Notes under the pieces: generated by a model
Seen by the model: the letters and a program-made list of their open reading frames with translations, nothing else
Told to the model about the DNA's origin: nothing
Database searches by the model: none
Made by a program: the position numbers and the translations under genes
Shown: positions 1-8,230 of the stretch, in pieces
How the letters are laid out: the number at the start of each line of letters is the position of its first letter
Position numbering within the stretch: position 1 is the stretch's first letter
Origin: Prochlorococcus marinus subsp. pastoris str. CCMP1986
Lineage (GTDB): Bacteria; Cyanobacteriota; Cyanobacteriia; PCC-6307; Cyanobiaceae
Length of the DNA: 32,000 nucleotides
Direction: 5' to 3'
Assembly (NCBI RefSeq): GCF_000011465.1
Contig: NC_005072.1
Span: 30,001 to 62,000, forward strand

Positions 1-250
1 CGTTACCATTTTTATCTGGAGGTATACAACTAAGAATGTGAGTTGCTCCCTCAAAGATTGAATCTTCAGGTATTGAATTATCTTCGCTATTAAAAATAAA
101 ACTATTTGGCTCATTACTAATAGATCGAGAACTTGCTAATGCTATGCAGCCTAGTTTTCTGATTGATTTTGCAAAATAGTCTCCGCTAAAACCTCCTCCA
201 AAGATTAGGAATTTATTTTTTGCTGTAATGGGACTTGATAAATTGGTCAT
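1..250 (-). CDS. 5' part of an NAD(P)-binding Rossmann-fold protein (epimerase/dehydratase-like); runs off the window
   Basis: My own translation of the reverse strand from the ATG at 250-248 gives MTNLSSPITAKNKFLIFGGGFSGDYFAKSIRKLGCIALASSRSISNEP... and stays open to position 1. A glycine-rich dinucleotide-binding loop (FGGGFSG) lies near the N-terminus. It is absent from the ORF track because it is open-ended. Confidence 0.55.
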   Translation of the reverse strand, partial: MTNLSSPITAKNKFLIFGGGFSGDYFAKSIRKLGCIALASSRSISNEPNSFIFNSEDNSIPEDSIFEGATHILSCIPPDKNGN

Positions 251-288
251 TAAGTATTATAAATAGTACATATGTATTATTAAAGAAA

Positions 289-525
289 ATGCAGACTTTA
301 ATTCAGCCTGAGGTAAAACTAAATATAGTTGGTTTTGATAATTCCAATTTTCAAGTTAAAGAAAAATTAAATTATTCAAAATCTTGTTTAGATTTTAAAT
401 TCTATCAAAAATTATTTGCAATATTTTTAGTATCTTGTGCATTTTTAATATTTCCTGAATCTCCACAAGATTCAGAAATTTTATGCAAAAAATATCAATC
501 TACAAAGGCTTGTATGGTCTGGTAA
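289..525 (+). CDS. hypothetical small protein, 78 aa from the first ATG
   Basis: The track ORF 235..525 begins at a TTG that overlaps the start of the neighbouring gene, so I use the first ATG. It fills an otherwise empty 275-nt gap between two minus-strand genes. A 96-codon open frame is unlikely by chance in ~30% GC non-coding DNA. It has one hydrophobic stretch (LFAIFLVSCAFLIF) and I recognise no family. Confidence 0.35.
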   Translation: MQTLIQPEVKLNIVGFDNSNFQVKEKLNYSKSCLDFKFYQKLFAIFLVSCAFLIFPESPQDSEILCKKYQSTKACMVW

Positions 526-930
526 TTACGCGGCATTATATTCATCATTATCAAACTCGTAATTTTTATTTTTTTTACTCATAAAGGTAGGATTTGCCCA
601 TTGTAATAATCTTAAAGCTAATCTCAGATCACCATCTAACCATGCTCTAATAGCCATAGCTCTTCTAGGATCATAAAATTTTTGTTTTCTATACCAATAC
701 AAAGCATTATCATCTGATTTGTCGCCGTTGCATGATAAGCATGCTGGAACACAATTTTCGGTTGTACTCAAACCTCCTTGGCTTCTAGGAAGTACATGGT
801 CAATGGATTCTGAAGGTTTTCCGCAGTATATGCAACTTTTTCCCGTAAATGTATGAATTGATTTTCGCCATTGCCTTAATCTGAATTTAGGGCATAAATC
901 TTCTAAAAAGACAGCATCATTATAGTGCAT
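526..930 (-). CDS. HNH endonuclease family protein (134 aa)
   Basis: It carries a CxxC...DH...N...CxxC...N core: CIYCGKPSESIDHVLPRSQGGLSTTENCVPACLSCNGDKSD. This is a typical zinc-ribbon HNH nuclease motif. Confidence 0.85.
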   Translation of the reverse strand: MHYNDAVFLEDLCPKFRLRQWRKSIHTFTGKSCIYCGKPSESIDHVLPRSQGGLSTTENCVPACLSCNGDKSDDNALYWYRKQKFYDPRRAMAIRAWLDGDLRLALRLLQWANPTFMSKKNKNYEFDNDEYNAA

Positions 931-1100
931 TCAGATTATTTAATTTCCTATAATTTTGACCGATTCAATATAAAAGTCAATAGGTTTTTTATTATTTTTA
1001 AGACTATATTTCTTGGATTGAATATATTTTATGTATTTAATTATACCTAATAAATAATATTTAATTTATACGCTAAATGTATTTAAATATACTTTTAAGG

Positions 1101-1520
1101 TTAATAGCTATACCTATCAAAGGTTTCTTTGGAATAGTCTTCATTTTCTTTGTCTTGCAAAAGTTCTTCTTTTTTTCGCCTTTTTTCTTTTCTATCGTTT
1201 TCTAATTGTAGCTTTCTATCAGGATGAAGTTGATCTAAAAATTCAACACAATAAGAAAACTTATCTCTTTCTCTTACAACTGTTTCAATAATTTGCCCGG
1301 CGGCCTGCTTTGGAGAGGTCTTAAAAATACCCCCTTTTTGTTTCTTAATATAACTGTAAGCTGCTTGCCAACTGCTTTCATGGTCATTCCCCCCATCTCT
1401 CATTGTACAAAATATTTCTGCTCCAAAGGAACCTGCAATTGCTTTAGGGGCCAATAATAGTAATGGAACATACATTGCAACTAAAGGAAAAATGAATCTT
1501 ATCTTTTTATGCCCTTTCAT
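1101..1520 (-). CDS. secreted or periplasmic hypothetical protein with a Lys/Glu-rich C-terminal tail
   Basis: The N-terminus looks like a signal peptide (MKGHKKIRFIFPLVAMYVPLLLLAPKAIA|GS). There are two Cys residues and a charged tail (NDRKEKRRKKEELLQDKENED). I recognise no family. Confidence 0.65.
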   Translation of the reverse strand: MKGHKKIRFIFPLVAMYVPLLLLAPKAIAGSFGAEIFCTMRDGGNDHESSWQAAYSYIKKQKGGIFKTSPKQAAGQIIETVVRERDKFSYCVEFLDQLHPDRKLQLENDRKEKRRKKEELLQDKENEDYSKETFDRYSY

Positions 1521-1578
1521 TAGTTTTTTATCTGTCTATATAAAAAGTATCTTTAATTTAGATAATGTCTAGATAAAT

Positions 1579-2091
1579 TTAAGATTTTATTATTCCAAAT
1601 AGGTTGAGCATTTTTACAACCAGTGGCAGAATTAAAAGAACAGTAACTAATCTAACTGCGTGAAGAGTTGCAACTGCTGCCCCTACTCCATATTCTGTAC
1701 CGACTAAACTCATACCACTTATCCCTCCTGGAGCAGCACCAAGAATTGTCGTGATTATATCTACATTAAGTAATCTGCTAGTCCATAAACCAATCGCTAG
1801 GCCAGTAATTATTAGTGTAAATGTGATTAAAATTGCAGGCTTCCATAAAGTTTGTAATTCAACTAATGAGTCCTTCGTTAAGCTTGTTCCAATAACAGTA
1901 CCAATGCCTATTTCTAATATGGTTCTTGTACCATTTGGCCACACGGCAGGTTCAACTTTTCCGCTGATGCCTAAAACACTTGCACCAATTAAAGCCCCTG
2001 CAAGTGGAGCTGCAGGTATGCCTGTTTTTATAGCAAGTGCCCCAAAAGCTGACCCTGCAATTAAATAATAAATAAGATTTATATTCGACAT
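1579..2091 (-). CDS. AbrB-family integral membrane protein (half-size, 170 aa; 'putative ammonia monooxygenase' family)
   Basis: The protein is polytopic and hydrophobic, with Gly/Ala-rich helices and the GAAPGGISGMSLVG motif typical of the AbrB membrane-protein duplication family. Confidence 0.7.
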   Translation of the reverse strand: MSNINLIYYLIAGSAFGALAIKTGIPAAPLAGALIGASVLGISGKVEPAVWPNGTRTILEIGIGTVIGTSLTKDSLVELQTLWKPAILITFTLIITGLAIGLWTSRLLNVDIITTILGAAPGGISGMSLVGTEYGVGAAVATLHAVRLVTVLLILPLVVKMLNLFGIIKS

Positions 2092-2173
2092 TTAAGAAAT
2101 CAATTGTTTGGTAATAATATTAGGAATAAATTCAAATGCTCGGGTATATGTTCAAAGTATGTTCTTATTTACT

Positions 2174-2197
2174 AATTTCATAGTCCTTTATGAAATT
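2174..2197. promoter_or_regulatory. perfect 9-bp inverted repeat AATTTCATA-N6-TATGAAATT in a divergent intergenic region
   Basis: Read directly from the sequence. It lies between the AbrB-like gene start (2091, -) and the 65-aa ORF start (2335, +). It could be an operator or a chance match in AT-rich DNA. Confidence 0.2.
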
Positions 2198-2334
2198 AAT
2201 ATATTTATTCGCATTAAACGAAAATTAATCAGCCTAAATATTTACCATAAAAACTTATTTTTAAAAATTAGTTAAATTTTTCCTGCATAATGGGCCTCTG
2301 AGTTGGCATAATAATTAGTAAAGCACTATTTCTT

Positions 2335-2532
2335 ATGGCTTCACAAATTTCTTATAGAGGTAATAAAAACCCAATCAAAAAGAAGTTATCCTTTTTTGAA
2401 GGTGGACATCAACTCGAAAAATTAGAATTCGCTCTTGCCGTAGCTCAAACTAAGGGTGACGAACAAAAATCGTTGGTATTAATGAAAAAAATTATTGAAT
2501 TAGGCGGAAATGTTGAAGAACCTGGTACTTAG
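2335..2532 (+). CDS. hypothetical small soluble protein (65 aa)
   Basis: It is the only ORF in a 450-nt gap, has an ATG start and a protein-like, non-repetitive composition. I recognise no family. Confidence 0.45.
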   Translation: MASQISYRGNKNPIKKKLSFFEGGHQLEKLEFALAVAQTKGDEQKSLVLMKKIIELGGNVEEPGT

Positions 2533-2542
2533 GTTCTCTTTT

Positions 2543-3697
2543 TTATAAATGGCAGGATGCAATTTTCAAGGCCTTTCCTGCTGTATCTGTGGAAATTATA
2601 TTTTGTTCTACTAATGTATTGCCAATAGCTGCTATCACTGTAATTATATCTCTATCATTAATGTAACCTAAGTGACCAACTCTAAATATTTTTCCTTTTA
2701 AATGATCTTGTCCTCCAGCTAGTAAAATATCATATTTATTTTTTATATTCTTTCTAAACTGTTCTGCATCTATATCTTCAATTTGAATTGCAGTAACAGC
2801 GGGACTTAAATGGTTTTCATCAGCAAATAATTTGAGGTTAAGTGTTTTTGCAGCTTCACTGACTGCAAGTTTATGTCTTTCATGTCTTTTAAAGATTTTA
2901 TCTAGTCCTTCATCTTTCATCATTTTTAGTGATTCATCTAAAGCAAAAACTAAATTTACTGCTGGAGTATAAGGATTGCTATTACTTAAAAGACTCTTTT
3001 TATATGATTTTAAATTTAAATAGAATTTAGGTAAATTAGAATTTTCTGAGGCTTGCCAAGCTTTATCGCTCATTGACACAAAGCTTAAACCTGGAGGTAT
3101 CATATATCCTTTTTGAGATCCTGAAGCAACAACATCTAGTTCCCAATCATCTACCGGTACACTACAAGCTCCAATACTTGTTACGCAGTCAATAATTGAT
3201 AACGCTTTTTTATGATTACGTATATGAGAACTTATTGTTTTTAAATCATTAATAACTCCAGTTGATGTTTCTGAATGTGTAAGGATAACTGCTTTTATTT
3301 CTTTTTTATCATCTTTTTCTAAAATTGTTTTAAAATCTTTCGGATCAAGTGGTTTTCCCCATTCTGCTTCAATTTTAATCACTTCGAGTCCGAATTCTTT
3401 TGCAACTTTTACCCATCTTTGACCAAACTTTCCATTTACACCACAAATAACTTTTTCTCCTTTGCTTAAGGTACTAATCATGCCTGCTTCCATGGCAGCT
3501 GTTCCACTACCTGTAATCGTTAAAACATCATTTTTTGTTTGATGTAGCCATTGTAGATTTTTAGTAGTGATTTCCATAAGGTCCTGAAAATCTTTACTTC
3601 TATGTCCTATGGGATGCCTTCCAAGTGCTTGTAAAACTTTTTCTGGAACTGGCGTGGGACCAGGTATCATCAATGATAATTTTTGTTGTATGGCCAC
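2543..3697 (-). CDS. class V pyridoxal-phosphate aminotransferase (serine-pyruvate / alanine-glyoxylate type; often annotated 'soluble hydrogenase small subunit' in cyanobacteria)
   Basis: The N-terminus carries MIPGPTPVPEKVL, there is a TGSGTAAMEA segment, and the PLP-lysine motif is SGSQKGY. The track start is a GTG; an ATG lies 9 codons downstream. Confidence 0.9.
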   Translation of the reverse strand: MAIQQKLSLMIPGPTPVPEKVLQALGRHPIGHRSKDFQDLMEITTKNLQWLHQTKNDVLTITGSGTAAMEAGMISTLSKGEKVICGVNGKFGQRWVKVAKEFGLEVIKIEAEWGKPLDPKDFKTILEKDDKKEIKAVILTHSETSTGVINDLKTISSHIRNHKKALSIIDCVTSIGACSVPVDDWELDVVASGSQKGYMIPPGLSFVSMSDKAWQASENSNLPKFYLNLKSYKKSLLSNSNPYTPAVNLVFALDESLKMMKDEGLDKIFKRHERHKLAVSEAAKTLNLKLFADENHLSPAVTAIQIEDIDAEQFRKNIKNKYDILLAGGQDHLKGKIFRVGHLGYINDRDIITVIAAIGNTLVEQNIISTDTAGKALKIASCHL

Positions 3698-3757
3698 TTT
3701 TTAATTAATAGGTCATTCTAAGATTAGTAGTCATAAAATATTTTTCAATTACTTGAT

Positions 3758-4876
3758 TTGAAAAAAGGATTTTCTTTACCTTTATGGGTAACTGGAGCTG
3801 CTAAGTCAGCAATAAAAAAATTAATAGGATTACCATTTGAAGATTATGAATTAATTAAAATTCCAAAAGAAAAAAATTTAATAAAAATCAAGGTTCATTC
3901 TGCTGGGCTAATTAATGAAGAGTCTCAAGCCCTTGGAATTTCATTTGTAGATTCTGGATTGGATCTTGATTTAACACAAAACTTAGAAATATGGACAATC
4001 GCTTCTTTAGAAAAAACTTATAAGACAAGTAATAGACCATTAGATCGAATCAATATTATTCCTGGTTACGGAGTTGGTATCGATCAAAAGACCTCTAAGA
4101 TCTGCATTTCTGATTTTGCTCAAAAATTATTAGTTGAAAATTTATTAAATATCATTCCAGAAGGATATACACTGAATCTAGAAATTGTATTCCCAAATGG
4201 AAAATTTTTAGCCGAAAGAACTAGTAATAAATCATTTGGAATTGTTGAAGGGCTTTCAATTATAGGTACTAGCGCTGAAACTTTTGCAAGTGCTTCACCT
4301 GATCAATTACAAAATGCAAAAGCTCAGCTAAAACAAATTATTGCTAATAAAGTTTGTGACACAATTATTTTTGTTATCGGTGAAAATGGCTTAAATTTAG
4401 CAACAAGTTCTAATATCAAATTTCCTATTATTAAAGTAGGTAATTGGATAGGACCATTATTAGTTGATGCTGCTATACAAAAGATTAAAACAGTAATCCT
4501 TTTTGGTTATCATGGCAAATTAATTAAATTAGCTGGAGGAATTTTTCATACTCATAATCATTTAGCAGATGCAAGAATTGAAATTCTTGTGTATTTAGCT
4601 GTAAAAGAAGAAGTTCCATTAGAAATAATTCAAAAATTATCACAATCAAATACGGTTGAAGATGCATTGTTAGTTCTTGAAAGTTTTAGTCTTTCTATGG
4701 CTGACAAACTATGGAATAAATTATCAGATACTATTGAAAAGCGCTCTACAGAATATATAAATAGATATACAAAAACAGATATGAAAGTTGGAGCAATTAT
4801 CTTTGATAGAAATAGAAAAATTCGTTGGTCAGGTAACAATAGTAAAGACTATATTTCTGCTTTTAAAGGTTTCTAA
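3758..4876 (+). CDS. cbiD: cobalt-precorrin-5B (C1)-methyltransferase CbiD
   Basis: The length (372 aa) and N-terminus (KKGFSLPLWVTGAAKSAI), plus GxxxG-rich core segments, match the CbiD family. The start codon is TTG. Confidence 0.88.
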   Translation: MKKGFSLPLWVTGAAKSAIKKLIGLPFEDYELIKIPKEKNLIKIKVHSAGLINEESQALGISFVDSGLDLDLTQNLEIWTIASLEKTYKTSNRPLDRINIIPGYGVGIDQKTSKICISDFAQKLLVENLLNIIPEGYTLNLEIVFPNGKFLAERTSNKSFGIVEGLSIIGTSAETFASASPDQLQNAKAQLKQIIANKVCDTIIFVIGENGLNLATSSNIKFPIIKVGNWIGPLLVDAAIQKIKTVILFGYHGKLIKLAGGIFHTHNHLADARIEILVYLAVKEEVPLEIIQKLSQSNTVEDALLVLESFSLSMADKLWNKLSDTIEKRSTEYINRYTKTDMKVGAIIFDRNRKIRWSGNNSKDYISAFKGF

Positions 4877-4924
4877 TTTTAAGTGGGTTATGTTTTTGTA
4901 AATAAATTGAGGTAACTTTTAGAC

Positions 4925-6511
4925 ATGAGTAAAAAATTACTAAAAAAAGAGAGAGATCCCTCAATATTAATTCTAGATTTTGGATCTCAATATTCTGAAT
5001 TAATTGCAAGGAGAATAAGAGAAGCAGATGTATTTTCTCTTGTAGTAAGTAACTTTACCTCTGTCAAGGAGATTCAGGATATAAATCCAAAAGGGATTAT
5101 ATTAAGTGGTGGCCCAAGTTCTGTTTATGAAGATAATGCACCTAAATGTGATGCAAAGATTTTTGATTTAGGTATTCCAATTTTGGGTATATGTTATGGA
5201 ATGCAATTAATGGTTAAAGAATTAGGAGGTGAAGTTACCCCAGCAATTAATAAAGCTGAATATGGCAGAGCACCAATAAATATTGATTGCGAAAGTGATT
5301 TGCTATCTAATGTCCAAGATAAATCTATTATGTGGATGAGTCATGGAGATTCTATAAATAACTTGCCTGAAGGATTTATTAAGATTTCTCATACAGAAAA
5401 TACCCTGCATGCTGCAATATCAAACAAACAAAAGAAATTATTTGGTGTTCAATTTCATCCTGAAGTTATTCATTCAGAATTCGGAATGACGGTTATTAAA
5501 AACTTTGTTTATTCTATTGCTAAATGTAAGGCCGATTGGACTACTGAAACTTTTTTAGAGGAAACAATTCCAAGAATTAAGCAACAAGTAGGTGATAAGA
5601 GAGTTTTACTTGCTCTTTCTGGCGGCGTAGATTCATCAACCCTCGCTTTTCTTCTCAATAAAGCTATTGGTAAAAAGCTTACTTGTATGTTTATTGATCA
5701 AGGCTTTATGAGAAAAGGTGAACCTGAATTTTTAATGGAATTTTTTGATAAAAAATTTCATATAAAAGTTGAATATATTAACGCTAGGGAAAGATTTATT
5801 GATAAATTAAATGGAATAACTGACCCAGAAGAAAAACGCAAGATTATTGGTAGAGAATTTATTAGAGTTTTTGAAGAGGAGAGTAATAGATTAGGTCCTT
5901 TCCAATATTTGGCTCAAGGTACTCTTTACCCAGACGTTATTGAGAGTGCTGGAACGAATTTAGATCCAAAGACTGGTGAGCGAATTGCAGTAAAAATAAA
6001 AAGTCATCATAACGTAGGCGGTTTGCCAAAAGATTTACAATTTAAATTAGTTGAACCATTAAGAAAACTTTTTAAAGATGAAGTAAGAAAGGTTGGAGGT
6101 GCTTTAGGATTGCCAGATGAAATCATAAAAAGACATCCATTTCCTGGCCCTGGCTTAGCAATAAGAATTTTAGGTGATGTTTCTCATGAAAAACTAAACT
6201 GTTTGAGAGATGCAGACTGGATAGTAAGAGATGAAATAAAAAAAGCAGGTCTTTATAATGATATATGGCAAGCATTTGCAGTTCTTTTACCTGTTAAGAC
6301 TGTCGGTGTAATGGGAGATAAACGGACTTATGCTTGGCCAATAGTTTTACGATGCGTATCAAGCGAAGATGGGATGACGGCTGATTGGTCGAGAATTCCT
6401 TATGAAACCTTAGAGAGAATTTCTAATAGAATCGTTAATGAAGTAGAGCAGGTTAATAGGGTTGTTTTCGATATTACTAGTAAGCCTCCAGGAACAATTG
6501 AGTGGGAATAA
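4925..6511 (+). CDS. guaA: GMP synthase (glutamine-hydrolysing)
   Basis: It has a GATase domain ([12 protein letters not shown]), an ATP-PPase motif (SGGVDSS) and a C-terminus ending in PPGTIEWE. Confidence 0.97.
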   Translation: MSKKLLKKERDPSILILDFGSQYSELIARRIREADVFSLVVSNFTSVKEIQDINPKGIILSGGPSSVYEDNAPKCDAKIFDLGIPILGICYGMQLMVKELGGEVTPAINKAEYGRAPINIDCESDLLSNVQDKSIMWMSHGDSINNLPEGFIKISHTENTLHAAISNKQKKLFGVQFHPEVIHSEFGMTVIKNFVYSIAKCKADWTTETFLEETIPRIKQQVGDKRVLLALSGGVDSSTLAFLLNKAIGKKLTCMFIDQGFMRKGEPEFLMEFFDKKFHIKVEYINARERFIDKLNGITDPEEKRKIIGREFIRVFEEESNRLGPFQYLAQGTLYPDVIESAGTNLDPKTGERIAVKIKSHHNVGGLPKDLQFKLVEPLRKLFKDEVRKVGGALGLPDEIIKRHPFPGPGLAIRILGDVSHEKLNCLRDADWIVRDEIKKAGLYNDIWQAFAVLLPVKTVGVMGDKRTYAWPIVLRCVSSEDGMTADWSRIPYETLERISNRIVNEVEQVNRVVFDITSKPPGTIEWE

Positions 6512-6555
6512 AAAATACTTTAATTTTTTATCTTTAACTTTTTTACAAAATTATT

Positions 6556-7269
6556 ATGGATGAAACCATTAAATTAAGTAGATCTACTGTTGAAAAATAT
6601 CTTAATTGCCCTAGATGTTGCGTTCTTGATAAAAAGCATAAAATAAAACCTCCATCATTACCATTTACTTTAAATATTGCTGTAGATAATTTATGTAAAA
6701 ATGAGTTTGATTATTATCGTGAAAGACAGGAATCTCATCCTTTATTTATTGAGCATAATATCGATGCTGTACCTTTTAAACATAAAGATATAGATATTTG
6801 GAGAAGCAATTTTAAAGGAATAAGATATAAATCTAATGAACACAATTATGATTTTGGTGGTGCGGTCGATGATGTCTGGCAAAAAAAGAATGGAGAGTTA
6901 ATTATTGTTGATGTAAAAGCAACATCAAGAAATAATTTTGATTGGTTTGAAACTTTCAATAAATATGATTATGCAAAAGCATATAAAAGACAATTAGAAA
7001 TGTATCAGTGGTTATTTAGAAAAAATGGTTTCAAAGTTGCAAATGAAGCCTATCTTCTTTATTTTAATGGGAAAAAGAATGAGAAATTTTTTAATAATCA
7101 GTTAAAGTTTGATGTGCATTTTATTAAGTTAGATTGTTCTTCAGCATGGGTAGAAGGCAAAGTTATTGAAACAGTAAAACTTCTCAGATCTAATTTGTTT
7201 CCTTCACCATCTTTTAAATGTGAATATTGTAATTATTTAAAAAAGCGTTGGCAGTTGTCAAAAAATTAA
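6556..7269 (+). CDS. stand-alone PD-(D/E)XK nuclease, Cas4/RecB-C-terminal-like, probable 4-Cys cluster
   Basis: Motifs in order: N-terminal S.S.VEKYLNCPRCC, motif II GGAVDDVW, motif III LIIVDVKAT (DxK), a QxxxY motif (RQLEMYQWL), and C-terminal Cys residues (LDCSS ... CEYCNY). Confidence 0.8.
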   Translation: MDETIKLSRSTVEKYLNCPRCCVLDKKHKIKPPSLPFTLNIAVDNLCKNEFDYYRERQESHPLFIEHNIDAVPFKHKDIDIWRSNFKGIRYKSNEHNYDFGGAVDDVWQKKNGELIIVDVKATSRNNFDWFETFNKYDYAKAYKRQLEMYQWLFRKNGFKVANEAYLLYFNGKKNEKFFNNQLKFDVHFIKLDCSSAWVEGKVIETVKLLRSNLFPSPSFKCEYCNYLKKRWQLSKN

Positions 7270-7359
7270 TTAATGACTTTGAAAAAATAATATTATTGGA
7301 TAATTCTGGAAAAATTTTTAAATAAAGATAATCTTTAAGTAGACAATAAATTTTAGATT

Positions 7360-7968
7360 TTGGTTAAACCGAAAAGTCCTGATAATAAAATTAGCAATCA
7401 TTTACAACAAGATGTTGTCAAAATTGCAGGCAAAACAATCTTTATTAATCCATTTTTGTATTGGAGAAGGTTTGATGAAAATACCAATAGATGGTTAAGA
7501 GAACCAGGACAAATGTCAGAAGAGCAAATCCAACCAAACAGAAATCGTTTTTATCCTGAAATTGACTGGGCTGATTTAAGTCAAAATCAAAAGCTCGTAA
7601 AAGATGCAAGTGTAGAAATGTTTCTGAAGACTTTGGAGCTTATAAGCACATTTCATCCTCAGCTTAACTCTGGACAACTATTAGAAGTTGAGAGGAAAAT
7701 GGCAATTACAAAAAAGCTACCTTTTGAAAAGTGGGTAACAAAGTCTTTTGCTAAAAAAGCTAGAGCTGAAGAATATGAGAAAAGGAAATTTAAAAGGGAT
7801 AGATTTATCAGAAGTTGGAAGGAATGGCTAAGCCTTGAAAATACTCAACAAGCTCTACTACCTATAATTGTCGTTGTATTTGTCTCGGCATTTATTGGTT
7901 GGTCTTCAGGTGTTTCAAAAAACAGTTGTAATCCTTATTTTGAACAAAATTTAGATCAGTCAATATAA
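7360..7968 (+). CDS. hypothetical tail-anchored membrane protein (202 aa)
   Basis: The N-terminal part is Trp/Arg-rich, followed by a very basic segment (KKARAEEYEKRKFKRDRFIRSWKEW) and one C-terminal TM helix (LLPIIVVVFVSAFIGW). The track start is TTG and the first ATG is at 7513. Confidence 0.55.
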   Translation: MVKPKSPDNKISNHLQQDVVKIAGKTIFINPFLYWRRFDENTNRWLREPGQMSEEQIQPNRNRFYPEIDWADLSQNQKLVKDASVEMFLKTLELISTFHPQLNSGQLLEVERKMAITKKLPFEKWVTKSFAKKARAEEYEKRKFKRDRFIRSWKEWLSLENTQQALLPIIVVVFVSAFIGWSSGVSKNSCNPYFEQNLDQSI

Positions 7969-8073
7969 ACCGTTTTATTAAATAAAATTTAATATTATTT
8001 TGATGATTTGTGATTTATTATTTGGGTTAATATAAAAGAAGTTTAGTTTTTAAGTTAACTTATTTTTAGATTC

Positions 8074-8226
8074 ATGGATAACAAAGAGAAAGAAAAAGAT
8101 ATATCAAGTTTAGAATTTGATAAAGGTAAGACTCGAAATGATTATAAATTTTTAGTTCAAAAACTAAAAAATATAAAGGAGATTATTACTTTGTTAGAAA
8201 ATAAGTTTTTGCAGAAAGAGATGTAA
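8074..8226 (+). CDS. possible 50-aa charged helical micro-protein immediately upstream of the PBP2 gene
   Basis: My own translation is MDNKEKEKDISSLEFDKGKTRNDYKFLVQKLKNIKEIITLLENKFLQKEM*. It has an ATG start, and its stop lies 4 nt before the TTG start at 8231. It is below the size cut-off of the ORF track. Confidence 0.3.
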   Translation: MDNKEKEKDISSLEFDKGKTRNDYKFLVQKLKNIKEIITLLENKFLQKEM

Positions 8227-8230
8227 ATTT

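Noticed and set aside
1751-2068. 105-aa plus-strand ORF
   Set aside because: It lies entirely antisense within the AbrB-like membrane gene. It is a shadow frame of a Gly/Ala-rich hydrophobic CDS, with no independent support.
4630-4839. 69-aa minus-strand ORF
   Set aside because: It lies antisense inside cbiD and has low-complexity, AT-codon composition.
8052-8061. 10-bp perfect palindrome AAGTTAACTT upstream of the micro-ORF and PBP2
   Set aside because: It is short, AT-rich and isolated, which is expected by chance in this composition.
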